Source: Gammaproteobacteria bacterium (GTDB taxonomy: Bacteria > Pseudomonadota > Gammaproteobacteria > GCA-001735895). Taken from it: a stretch of DNA of 38,528 nt. Location of the stretch: NCBI GenBank assembly GCA_029288195.1, contig JARFPR010000142.1, positions 1 through 38,528 of the forward strand, written 5' to 3'. The notes beneath the pieces are model-generated. The model was not told where the DNA came from. It made no database searches and saw only the letters and a program-made list of their open reading frames with translations. This document shows positions 30,572 through 38,528 of the stretch, piece by piece. Within the stretch, counting starts at the first letter, position 1; the number at the start of each line of letters is the position of its first letter. Both the position numbers and the translations under genes were made by a program.

Positions 30572-31462
30572 ATGGCACAAGCTCAAGCAATCCGCCCACG
30601 GATCTCCGCTAGTGATCGCCTCGGCTTCACTCTCTTTCTGGCACTGACGCTGCATGCCATCGTCGTGCTCGGCGTGGGATTTACTCACTCGAGTCACAGC
30701 AATGTCGAGCCCCTGCCCAGCCTGGATATTATTCTCGCCAATTCCAAGAGCATCGAAGTAGCCGAAAACCCCGATTACCTGGCCCAGGTCGACCAGGCAG
30801 GGGGTGGCAATTCCGATGATAAAGCCCGTCCCGGTGCGCCGGTCTCGTCCCCGACCCCTGCAGATCAAAGAGGCCTGTCTGACCAGGACAGGATCGAATT
30901 GCGCGAGAAACAGCTGGTACTCAGCAAGCTTTATTTTCTGACTCAGATTGAATCGGATAACTACGCTAATCAGCTAAAACAACAACTCGCCCGGGATTCG
31001 GATAGCCCGAAAATAAGTAAAAACGAGCAGCGCCAAACCAGGATCGCGCGCCTGCAGGCGGAAATCCGGCAAATGACCATCGATTATGCCAAGCGACCCA
31101 GGACCATCACCTTGACGGCCAGTACACGCAAGGCGGTCGAAGCGAGTTACCTGGCTTCCTGGGTGCAGAAGATCGAGGATACCGGTAATTTGAACTATCC
31201 AAAGGAAGCCAGACTCAAAAACCTTGATGGCCGTTTACGAATGAGTGTGCGAATCAATGCGGCCGGCGAGGTTCTCGACATGCAGATCACCAGTTCATCA
31301 GGCACTACCGTGCTGGATGAGGCCGCCAGGCAAATCCTGCGCATGGCCCAGCCCTTCGCACCATTTTCCGATGCATTGAAAGAACGCGCCGACCAGATTG
31401 TCATCATCCGTACCTGGGATTTTAAAAGCAATCGATTTAGAACCAAAAGCGGAGTAAGCTAA
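30572..31462 (+). CDS. TonB-family protein (TonB3-like; N-terminal TM anchor plus TonB C-terminal domain)
   Basis: 296 aa with an N-terminal TM segment (LGFTLFLALTLHAIVVLGVGF). The TonB C-terminal-domain pattern is NYPKEARLKNLDGRLRMSVRINAAGEVLDMQITSSSGTTVLDEAARQILRMAQPFAPF. The position next to gshB matches tonB3 of P. aeruginosa. Confidence 0.7.
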   Translation: MAQAQAIRPRISASDRLGFTLFLALTLHAIVVLGVGFTHSSHSNVEPLPSLDIILANSKSIEVAENPDYLAQVDQAGGGNSDDKARPGAPVSSPTPADQRGLSDQDRIELREKQLVLSKLYFLTQIESDNYANQLKQQLARDSDSPKISKNEQRQTRIARLQAEIRQMTIDYAKRPRTITLTASTRKAVEASYLASWVQKIEDTGNLNYPKEARLKNLDGRLRMSVRINAAGEVLDMQITSSSGTTVLDEAARQILRMAQPFAPFSDALKERADQIVIIRTWDFKSNRFRTKSGVS

Positions 31463-31471
31463 GGCCTTGCC

Positions 31472-32038
31472 ATGACACAGCAACCTGCCAGTCTTGTTGA
31501 TAAGTGCCTTATCGCCACACCCGCGATCAAGGACCCGATCTTTGCTTCCAGTCTGGTTTACATGTGCGAGCACAACGAAAATGGCAGCATGGGCCTGGTT
31601 GTCAATCACGAAACTTCACAAGTCCTGGACGATATCTTCCAGCAACTGGACATCAGTTGCAAAAATGAAGCAGTCAGGAATCAACCTGTTTATATCGGTG
31701 GCCCGGTACAACTTGAACAGGGCTTTGTGCTGCATTCGAGCGAGGGTCACTGGCAGAATAGCGTCGAGGTCTCCGACGGGGTCAATTTAACCAGCTCACT
31801 CGACATACTCAGGGCAATCGCAGACGGAAAGGGTCCTGAAGACTACCTGGTTATCCTCGGGTTTTCGGGCTGGGCTTCGGGCCAACTAGAATCAGAGTTA
31901 CAACAAAATTCCTGGCTCACATCGACCTGCAACCCCGACCTTCTATTCCATGAAAAATCCGAGGACAAATGGCAGGTCGCCTTCGACACGCTCGGCTTCG
32001 ATATCAATATGCTCTCTCCCGTGAGCGGGAATGCCTGA
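31472..32038 (+). CDS. yqgE: YqgE/AlgH-family protein
   Basis: 188 aa with LIATPAIKDPIFASSLVYMCEHNENGSMGLVVN and YIGGPV, plus the GFSGWASGQLESE pattern typical of the family. Confidence 0.85.
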   Translation: MTQQPASLVDKCLIATPAIKDPIFASSLVYMCEHNENGSMGLVVNHETSQVLDDIFQQLDISCKNEAVRNQPVYIGGPVQLEQGFVLHSSEGHWQNSVEVSDGVNLTSSLDILRAIADGKGPEDYLVILGFSGWASGQLESELQQNSWLTSTCNPDLLFHEKSEDKWQVAFDTLGFDINMLSPVSGNA

Positions 32039-32444
32039 AAAGCTGAAAACCGTCATCGGCTTCGATTTTGGCAGTCATTGGATCGGTGTAGCGGTCGGAC
32101 AGACTCTAACCCGGCAGGCCAGCCCCCTTGAAGCGGTGAAAAACAACGACTGGGAAAGTATCAAGCGACTACTGGACGCCTGGCAGCCTCAAAAACTGGT
32201 TGTCGGCTTACCGCTTAGCATGGCAGGCAAAGACCAGGAAATGACTGCCAGCGCAAAACGCTTCGGTCGCCAGTTGGAAGGCCGCTTCGGAATAGCGACC
32301 TCGATGATTGACGAGAGACTGACTACCCGTGAAGCCTACCAGATCGCGGAGCAGACCCAGTGCAAGAAATCCAAACAGGAAATCGACAGCCTGGCTGCCG
32401 CATTAATTACCGAATCCTGGTTGCAAAACTATCACCAGGACTGA
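32031..32444 (+). CDS. ruvX: Putative pre-16S rRNA nuclease / Holliday-junction-resolvase-like RuvX (YqgF)
   Basis: 137 aa with IGFDFGSHWIGVAVG, LVVGLPLSMAG and DERLTTREA. It overlaps the yqgE end by 8 nt. Confidence 0.9.
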   Translation: MPEKLKTVIGFDFGSHWIGVAVGQTLTRQASPLEAVKNNDWESIKRLLDAWQPQKLVVGLPLSMAGKDQEMTASAKRFGRQLEGRFGIATSMIDERLTTREAYQIAEQTQCKKSKQEIDSLAAALITESWLQNYHQD

Positions 32445-32521
32445 GACCGCGGCTGCGATATTACTGTTTTCGAAATGATTTTATGCTATAAAGCGTCCGC
32501 AATTAATCAAGCGGAGCTCGT

Positions 32522-33031
32522 GTGTCCCTACCTTCAGTTGAATCGCTGATCGAAAAGCTGGCCCAGGCACTCACTCCCTATTTTACTTCCCAACCGCAGC
32601 CTATCATTGTTGGCATCGAAACAGGCGGAGCCTGGGTCGCGCAGCGCTTACAACAAAGCATCGCTCCCGACGCCGAATTGGGACGACTCAATATCTCCTT
32701 CTATCGCGATGATTTCACCCGCACCGGACTGCATCCAACGGTAAGGCCCTCCAGCCTGCCTGTCGATATCGACGATAAAACTATCATCCTGGTCGATGAT
32801 GTCCTGCAATCCGGTAGAACCGTTCGGGCTGCCATGAACGAGATTTTTGACTATGGGCGACCCCGCAAAATCGTGCTCGCGATCCTGATAGACCGAGGCG
32901 AACGCGAAATACCGATTCAGGCAGACATTACCGGCGAATTCATGAAACTGGATTCCGGTAGTCATATCAAGCTCGAGGGTCCAGAACCCCTGAAGCTGGT
33001 TATCAAAACCCTGGAGAGCCATGCCAAATAA
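32522..33031 (+). CDS. pyrR: PyrR (pyrimidine operon regulator / uracil phosphoribosyltransferase family), GTG start
   Basis: 169 aa with [15 protein letters not shown] and the PRPP-binding block [18 protein letters not shown]. Confidence 0.9.
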   Translation: MSLPSVESLIEKLAQALTPYFTSQPQPIIVGIETGGAWVAQRLQQSIAPDAELGRLNISFYRDDFTRTGLHPTVRPSSLPVDIDDKTIILVDDVLQSGRTVRAAMNEIFDYGRPRKIVLAILIDRGEREIPIQADITGEFMKLDSGSHIKLEGPEPLKLVIKTLESHAK

Positions 33032-34001
33032 CAGTATCCAGCTCGACGATAATGGCAAACTCCAACATTTTCTCAGTATCGAGGGTTTAAACCAGGCCAT
33101 TCTTTACGAGATTCTGGATACCGCCGATTCATTTACCTCGGTTACCGATCGTACCATCAAGAAAGTGCCTATCCTGCGCGGCAAGACGGTCGCCAACCTG
33201 TTTTTCGAGGCGAGCACACGCACACGATCAACATTCGAGCTCGCTGAGCAACGTCTCTCGGCCGACATTCTGAGCTTGAACGTTGACACTTCGGCAACCA
33301 TCAAAGGTGAATCCCTGCTCGATACGCTGCAAAACCTGGAAGCAATGCAGATCGATATGTTTGTCATACGTCACCAGGACAGCGGCAGCGCCCATTTTTT
33401 TGCACAGCACGTGCGTCCCGGTGTGTCGGTGCTCAATGCCGGGGACGGGCAACACGAACATCCAACCCAGGCGATGCTCGATATGTACACGATTCGCCAC
33501 CACAAGCAGGATTTCAGCAGCTTGCGAGTCGCAATCGTCGGCGATATTTTGCACTCACGCGTGGCGCGCTCTCAGATCCACGCGCTGAACCTGCTCAATA
33601 CCGCGGAAGTACGGGTGATTGCACCCCGAACCCTGCTGCCAATGGATACCGAGTCCCTCGGGGTATCGGTTTACGAGAATCTCGAGCAGGGACTCGAGGG
33701 AGTTGACGTCATCATTATGCTGCGCCTGCAGAAGGAACGAATGCGCGGAGCCCTGCTGCCCAGCGAGAAAGAGTATTTCCGCAAGTTCGGACTATCCCAG
33801 GAACGCCTCCAGCTAGCGAAACCCGATGCTATCGTCATGCATCCGGGTCCGGCTAACCGTGGTGTCGAAATTGAATCCAGTGTTATGGATGGCGACCAGT
33901 CAGTCATCCTGCAACAGGTGAGTTTCGGGATCTCGGTGCGCATGGCAGTTATGTCAATGATCGTCGGTCAATCTGGTCTGCAATCAGGCGGTGACGCATG
34001 A
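33021..34001 (+). CDS. pyrB: Aspartate carbamoyltransferase catalytic subunit
   Basis: 326 aa with [23 protein letters not shown] and [11 protein letters not shown]. It overlaps pyrR by 11 nt and the next CDS by 4 nt (ATGA). Confidence 0.95.
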   Translation: MPNNSIQLDDNGKLQHFLSIEGLNQAILYEILDTADSFTSVTDRTIKKVPILRGKTVANLFFEASTRTRSTFELAEQRLSADILSLNVDTSATIKGESLLDTLQNLEAMQIDMFVIRHQDSGSAHFFAQHVRPGVSVLNAGDGQHEHPTQAMLDMYTIRHHKQDFSSLRVAIVGDILHSRVARSQIHALNLLNTAEVRVIAPRTLLPMDTESLGVSVYENLEQGLEGVDVIIMLRLQKERMRGALLPSEKEYFRKFGLSQERLQLAKPDAIVMHPGPANRGVEIESSVMDGDQSVILQQVSFGISVRMAVMSMIVGQSGLQSGGDA

Positions 34002-35278
34002 GCCTGCAGATCAAGAACGGTCAGGTCGTTAACCCACTCGAAATGACAGTAGCCAAGACTGACCTGTTTTTACAGGATGGTAAAATCGTGGGGCTGGGCT
34101 CAGCACCAAAAAATTTCAAGGCAGAGCAAACGATCGATGCCGCCGATCAATGGGTTCTGCCCGGCCTGATCGATTGCCAGGCACGTTTGCGAGACCCCGG
34201 GGAGCCCGAAAAGGCCAATATCGAAAGTGAAACCAAAGCCGCGATCGAAAACGGTATCACCAGCCTGTGCATCCCGCCTGATACGCAACCGCCGATTGAC
34301 AATTCGGCCACCGTCGAACTCATTCATCATCGTAACGAAATGTTTGGTCACCAGGCACAGGTTTACCCGATCGGAGCATTGACGCGTGGTCTCGGTGGGG
34401 AACAACTCAGCAACATGGCGAGCTTGCGCGACAACGGTTGTATCGCATTCAGCAATGCCAAGATTCCGCTTGCCAATAACCTGGTTCAACGCCGGGCCAT
34501 GGATTACGCCGGGGGTCAGCAGTCGCTGGTTATTATTCAACCAATCGACCACGACCTGTTGGCAAATGGTTGTGCCCACGAAGGGGCCGTCGCCACTCGC
34601 CTCGGGCTGCCCGCAATTCCTGAAGCCGCGGAAACGGCTGCGCTGGCAAAGGACATCGAGCTGGTAGCACAAACCGGTGCACGCACTCATTTCGGGCAAC
34701 TTTCCAGTGCGCGTTCGGTAGACATGGTACGTCGAGCCAAGGCCAAGGGATTACCGATAACGGCCGACTGTGCAATTCATCAACTGTTCTTAACCGATCA
34801 TGACATCGGAAATTTCGATAGCAATATGTTTACCATCCCGCCGCTGCGCAGTCAGTATGATCGTGATGCATTACGCGAGGGTGTTGCCGATGGCACTATC
34901 GATTGCCTGTGTTCGGATCATCAGCCGCATGAAGTCGATGCCAAGCTAAAACCCTTCCCTTCGGCCGAACCCGGCATTAGCGGGCTCGACACTTTGTTGC
35001 CGCTGACATTGCGATTAGTCGAAGAAGGCGTCCTTCCACTGGCTGAACTGATTGCTAAACTGACGCTTAACCCTACCACCATTATGGGCCTGCCGGGCGG
35101 CAGGATGGGTATCGATGAGGTCGCGGATTTGATTATCGTCGATCCGGAATCCCACTGGATATGCAGCGCCTCCAGCTTCGTCTCCAAGGGTAAAAATACC
35201 CCTTTTGAGGGCTGGGATTTCCATGGCAGCGTAACCCACACCCTGGTTGCCGGTAACATCGTTTACAAGGCCCGATAG
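33998..35278 (+). CDS. Dihydroorotase-like protein, probably the non-catalytic PyrC' partner of ATCase
   Basis: 426 aa in the amidohydrolase/DHOase family (LPGLID..., CSDHQPH). The N-terminal metal-binding H-x-H motif (D-x-H-x-H-L-R-x-P-G in active enzymes) reads [10 protein letters not shown] here, so both His residues are lost. It is translationally coupled to pyrB, as in Pseudomonas pyrC'. Confidence 0.8.
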   Translation: MSLQIKNGQVVNPLEMTVAKTDLFLQDGKIVGLGSAPKNFKAEQTIDAADQWVLPGLIDCQARLRDPGEPEKANIESETKAAIENGITSLCIPPDTQPPIDNSATVELIHHRNEMFGHQAQVYPIGALTRGLGGEQLSNMASLRDNGCIAFSNAKIPLANNLVQRRAMDYAGGQQSLVIIQPIDHDLLANGCAHEGAVATRLGLPAIPEAAETAALAKDIELVAQTGARTHFGQLSSARSVDMVRRAKAKGLPITADCAIHQLFLTDHDIGNFDSNMFTIPPLRSQYDRDALREGVADGTIDCLCSDHQPHEVDAKLKPFPSAEPGISGLDTLLPLTLRLVEEGVLPLAELIAKLTLNPTTIMGLPGGRMGIDEVADLIIVDPESHWICSASSFVSKGKNTPFEGWDFHGSVTHTLVAGNIVYKAR

Positions 35279-35329
35279 ACCCCCTCACCACCTCAGTGTA
35301 AATCTCGCAAAAGTAGTGCCTTCAGGCAC

Positions 35330-35460
35330 GGACACCGAGACCTCTTTTCAGAATCGCCGTCCCGATGCGTCGGACCGATACGTCCATGTAGGCTCGCGCG
35401 CGGGGTGCCGTATCACAACATCCCTGTTGCGCAGCGTTCTGAAAAGAGGTCTCGGTGTCC
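35330..35460. repeat. Perfect 24-bp inverted repeat with an 83-nt spacer, in the gap between convergent genes
   Basis: GGACACCGAGACCTCTTTTCAGAA (35330-35353) is the exact reverse complement of TTCTGAAAAGAGGTCTCGGTGTCC (35437-35460). Partial extension is seen outside the arms (GCAC / GTGC). Confidence 0.85.
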
Positions 35461-35499
35461 GCGCCGTGCTGAAGCGAGCCAGGCTGGGAAATAACGGCT

Positions 35500-36663
35500 T
35501 TAACTTTCTTCGGAGGGAAGACTCAGATCTTCCAGGTCACCCTGCTCATTGAGGTTATGGCGGGTATCCTGTTGTGATTGATGGTCGCCACCAAAATTGA
35601 TTTTCCATTCGAGGTTGGTGCTCGAGTCCGCATAGGCGAGCGCATTCTTGATCGTAATCGCGTCAGATTTGTAGAGGTTGTAAAGCGATTGGTCGAATGT
35701 CTGCATTCCCGTGGTATCGCCTTTTTCCATGATTTCCTTGATCTCGTTGAAGTTACCCTCGCGCAGCAATTCCGAAATATAGGGGGTATTCATCATGATT
35801 TCGACCGCACAGGCGAGCTTTCCCTGCATCCCTGGCACCAGGCGTTGTGAAATGACGCACCTGAGGTTAAGCGACAAATCCATCAACAACTGTTCACGCG
35901 AATCGGTCGGGAACATGTTCATTATCCGGTCCATCGCCTGGTTGGAGTTAACCGCGTGCAGGGTTGTCAGGGCGAGGTGACCGGTATCGGCAAAGTCGAT
36001 CGCCGATTTCATCGTCTCCCGGTCCCGCGCCTCACCGATCATGATGACTTCCGGTGCTTCACGCAGCGCTTCACGCAGCGCATTTTCGTAACTCAGGGTA
36101 TCGATCCCTACCTCTCGTTGCGAAACAACAGACTTCTTGTGCCGAAAAACAAATTCTATCGGATCCTCGATCGTCAGTATGTGTCCGCCAACCGAAGCGT
36201 TACGGTAATCCAGCATCGATGCGAGCGAGGTCGATTTACCTGAACCGGTCGAGCCCACTACCAGCACCAACCCGGTTTGACTCATAACGACTTCCTTGAG
36301 TACCTGGGGCAGTCCGAGCTCGTCAATCGTCGGTATCTCCCACTTTATGTAACGGATAACCATCGACACTTCTGAGCGCTGAATGAAAATATTGACCCGG
36401 AAACGACCCACATCATTGAGCGTGAAACCGAGGTTTAATTCGCGGCTGATCTCGAAGTCACGGACCTGCTCATCGTTAAGCAGGCTATAGGCCAGTTTTT
36501 GCACCTGTCCGCCTTGAAACGGGTTTTTCGCAATTGGTCCGGTATTGCCCTGGGTTTTCATATTGGGCGGAGCACCGGTTACGAAATAAAGGTCAGACGC
36601 CTGTTTGTCGACCATGATCTTAAGATAAGGTTCCAGCAGCGCCGTGGTGGGTTCGCGTGCCAT
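35500..36663 (-). CDS. PilT/PilU-family type IV pilus retraction ATPase, a divergent PilU-like paralogue
   Basis: 387 aa.
- The N-terminal domain is ASDLYFVTGAPPNMKTQG.
- Walker A is VVGSTGSGKSTS.
- The Asp box is ILTIEDPIEF.
- Walker B is VIMIGEARDRET.
- The His box is TGHLALTTLHA.
- It lacks the PilT AIRNLIRE motif (NTPYISELLREGNF instead), like PilU.
- AGGAG lies 7 nt upstream of the ATG. Confidence 0.85.
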   Translation of the reverse strand: MAREPTTALLEPYLKIMVDKQASDLYFVTGAPPNMKTQGNTGPIAKNPFQGGQVQKLAYSLLNDEQVRDFEISRELNLGFTLNDVGRFRVNIFIQRSEVSMVIRYIKWEIPTIDELGLPQVLKEVVMSQTGLVLVVGSTGSGKSTSLASMLDYRNASVGGHILTIEDPIEFVFRHKKSVVSQREVGIDTLSYENALREALREAPEVIMIGEARDRETMKSAIDFADTGHLALTTLHAVNSNQAMDRIMNMFPTDSREQLLMDLSLNLRCVISQRLVPGMQGKLACAVEIMMNTPYISELLREGNFNEIKEIMEKGDTTGMQTFDQSLYNLYKSDAITIKNALAYADSSTNLEWKINFGGDHQSQQDTRHNLNEQGDLEDLSLPSEES

Positions 36664-36664
36664 G

Positions 36665-36928
36665 GTGCTTCTCCTAGGCTATAAAGATGGGTTCAGCGTG
36701 TTGTGAAACGCTTATTCGCAAGGCGCGCCTCGCAGGCAATGGCCCGGTCCTTGCCAAGAGGCGCAACACCGCGAATATACGTTTCACAGCTCGCCCGAAG
36801 GGAACCATCCAGATTTGCCAATACTTCGTTGCAATCCTTGAAAAGGGCATGCCATTTCCTGCGGATTGCGCCTCATCTGGACAAATTTGGATGGCTCCGA
36901 ACCCGTCGTTATAGCCTGGGAGAAGCAC
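36665..36928. repeat. Highly structured 264-nt intergenic element (nested inverted repeats); candidate cis-regulatory RNA, ncRNA or MITE
   Basis: Nested inverted repeats, from the outside in:
- The outer 20-bp helix pairs 36665-36684 with 36909-36928 (19 Watson-Crick pairs plus one T/G).
- Inside, 36703-36719 pairs with 36771-36787 (15 of 17).
- That stem encloses 36725-36731/36758-36764 and 36735-36739/36751-36755.
- A second arm pairs 36805-36817 with 36882-36894 (12 of 13 plus one G/T).
- That arm encloses 36831-36837/36863-36869. Confidence 0.7.
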
Positions 36929-38086
36929 TAAATCATGCCTCCGGCCTGCTCATCATCCGCTTCTTCGAGTTCAAATTCGCGATGATCTTCTACCACGCCA
37001 GTTTTGCGGGCGGTGTCGCTTTCAAGTTTGATACGCAGGCGAATATCATTCACTGAATCCGCGTTACGCAAGGCATCTTCAAAAGTAATCTGTTCCGATT
37101 CATAGAGATCGAATAACGCCTGGTCGAAGGTCTGCATCCCCGCCTCGTTAGATTTTGCGATCAACGCTTTCATCTCATGCACCTCTCCCTTGAAGATCAT
37201 GTCAGCCATCAACGGCGTATTTAACATGACCTCGATCGCCGGAATTCGACCGACACCGTCGATATTCGGGATCAGACGCTGTGATATTAGCCCCTTTAAA
37301 TTAAGCGACAAATCCATCAGCAATTGCATGCGGCGTTCATCCGGGAAAAAGTTGATGATTCGATCTAGCGCCTGGTTAGTGCTGTTGGCGTGCAATGTCG
37401 AAAGACAGAGGTGCCCGGTTTCGGCGAACGCGATCGCATGATCCATGGCTTCGCGGTCGCGAATCTCACCTATCAGGATCACATCCGGCGCCTGGCGCAG
37501 GGTATTTTTCAGTGCGATCTCGTAAGAATCAGTATCGACGCCAACCTCGCGCTGCGTTACCAGGCAATTTTGATGATCGTGAACAAATTCCACCGGGTCT
37601 TCAATCGTTATGATGTGGCCATGCGAATTACGGTTGCGGTAATCCACCATCGACGCAAGCGAGGTTGATTTACCCGAACCGGTGCCACCGACGAAAATTA
37701 CCAGGCCTCGCTTGGTCATGGAAATATCTTTTAAAATCGGGGGCAGGTTCAATTCTTCGAAGGTGGGTATTTCAGAATTGATGATACGCAGCACCAGACC
37801 TGAACTGCCGCGCTGGACAAAGGCATTAACACGAAAACGGGCCACGCCGGGTAACGCGATCGAAAAGTTACACTCCTGCTTCTCTTCAAACTCCGAAACC
37901 TGCTTATCGTTCATGATCGAACGCGCCAGCATCTGCGTATGATTAGGCGAATGGTTTTGCTTGGAAACAGTCATTACTTTGCCGTCGACTTTCATCGCCG
38001 GTGGTGATAAATAAATCAGAACCGTCCTTGCTCACCATCATGCGGAGCAGGTCGTGCATGAAACTAATTGCCTTATTACGATCCAT
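36928..38086 (-). pseudogene. pilU: pilU (type IV pilus ATPase PilU) interrupted by a frameshift near codon 31; either a pseudogene or a sequence error
   Basis: The ORF 36928-37995 aligns by eye with P. aeruginosa PilU from MKV(D/N)GK onward (ECNF, TKRGLVIFVGGTGSGKSTS, LKNTLRQAPDVILIGE, FAETGHLCLSTLHAN). The missing N-terminus, MDRNKAISFMHDLLRMMVSKDGSDLFITTG, is encoded from ATG 38086 in a different frame and stops at TAA after 47 codons. At the junction the sequence reads GGC-G-ATG, where PilU has G-x-P-P-x-M. Confidence 0.6.
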
Positions 38087-38114
38087 TAAAATCCTCTACA
38101 ATTTCAGCGTAAAT

Positions 38115-38528
38115 TTACAAGGCCTCGGGATTGGCAGCCTTCCGCTGCGCTTCATCCTTCGCAACAACACCCGAAGCGAGCAAGGTCTTGAGATTTTGAT
38201 CCAGCGTCTGCATGCCGACGTTCTGACCGGTTTGAATCGCCGAGTACATCTGCGCGATTTTATCTTCACGAATCAGGTTACGAATCGCCGGTGTTCCGAT
38301 CATGATCTCGTGCGCCGCCACCCGGCCACCGCCGATTTTCTTCATCAGGGTTTGCGAAATAACCGCCTTTAACGATTCAGACAACATCGAGCGCACCATG
38401 GCTTTTTCTGCCGCCGGAAATACATCGACGATACGGTCTATCGTCTTGGCCGCCGAACTGGTATGCAGGGTACCGAAAACCAGGTGCCCGGTTTCAGCAG
38501 CAGAGAGCGCCAGTCGAATGGTTTCGAG
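38115..38528 (-). CDS. pilT: Twitching-motility ATPase PilT, C-terminal part; the gene continues beyond the right edge
   Basis: The reverse frame is open to the window end: LETIRLALSAAETGHLVFGTLHTSSAAKTIDRIVDVFPAAEKAMVRSMLSESLKAVISQTL...GTPAIRNLIREDKIAQMYSAIQTG. It contains the PilT-specific AIRNLIRE motif. The stop is at 38115-38117. Confidence 0.92.
   Translation of the reverse strand, partial: LETIRLALSAAETGHLVFGTLHTSSAAKTIDRIVDVFPAAEKAMVRSMLSESLKAVISQTLMKKIGGGRVAAHEIMIGTPAIRNLIREDKIAQMYSAIQTGQNVGMQTLDQNLKTLLASGVVAKDEAQRKAANPEAL

Noticed and set aside
35247-35552. 101-aa plus-strand ORF spanning the 24-bp inverted repeat
   Set aside because: It starts inside the pyrC' 3' end, runs through the palindrome and ends antisense inside the ATPase gene. 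The product is Arg/Ser-rich and low in complexity. It is most likely non-coding.
36674-37056. ORFs of 75-117 aa on both strands inside the pilU / paralogue spacer (36674-36928 minus, 36687-36914 plus, 36703-37056 plus)
   Set aside because: They cover the palindromic structured element. Their mirror-image open frames are a by-product of the inverted repeats. They have no SD or start context, and the longest runs antisense into the pilU 3' end.

Overview
This 38.5-kb window looks like conserved core chromosome of a roughly 50% GC gammaproteobacterium, not an accessory island. I see no mobile genes, CRISPR array, tRNA/rRNA genes or defence-type gene cassettes.

**Gene content, left to right**
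- A partial GFA-like CDS, a membrane cNMP-binding-domain protein and a DUF4382 lipoprotein.
- rapA, bioD, an unknown 2-TM protein and rarD.
- A minus-strand central-carbon operon: tkt-gap-pgk-pyk.
- A methyl-cycle block: metK, an SAH riboswitch, ahcY and rsmE.
- The Chp/Pil twitching chemosensory operon on the minus strand: pilG-pilH-pilI-pilJ-chpA-chpC.
- Divergent from it: gshB, apbE, a tonB3-like gene, yqgE, ruvX, pyrR, pyrB and a dihydroorotase-like pyrC'.
- A minus-strand retraction-ATPase cluster: pilT (partial), pilU and a third PilU-like paralogue.

As I recall it, the order closely mirrors the Pseudomonas aeruginosa pilT/pilU ... pyrC'-pyrB-pyrR-ruvX-yqgE-tonB3-gshB / pilGHIJK-chpABC neighbourhood.

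**Most unusual signals**
All of these are local and concentrated at the right end.
1. The canonical pilU is split by an apparent 11-nt deletion and frameshift.
2. An intact extra PilU-like paralogue lies downstream of it.
3. The 264-nt spacer between the two is a fully nested inverted-repeat structure. Its 20-bp closing helix starts at the pilU stop codon and buries the paralogue's Shine-Dalgarno sequence.
4. A perfect 24-bp inverted repeat lies between the convergent pyrC' and the paralogue.
5. chpA carries a recent 246-bp tandem duplication in a very long acidic linker.
6. The cluster has no pilK or chpB.

I found no convincing evidence for a wholly new multi-gene system. The structured pilU intergenic element is the best candidate for something undescribed.
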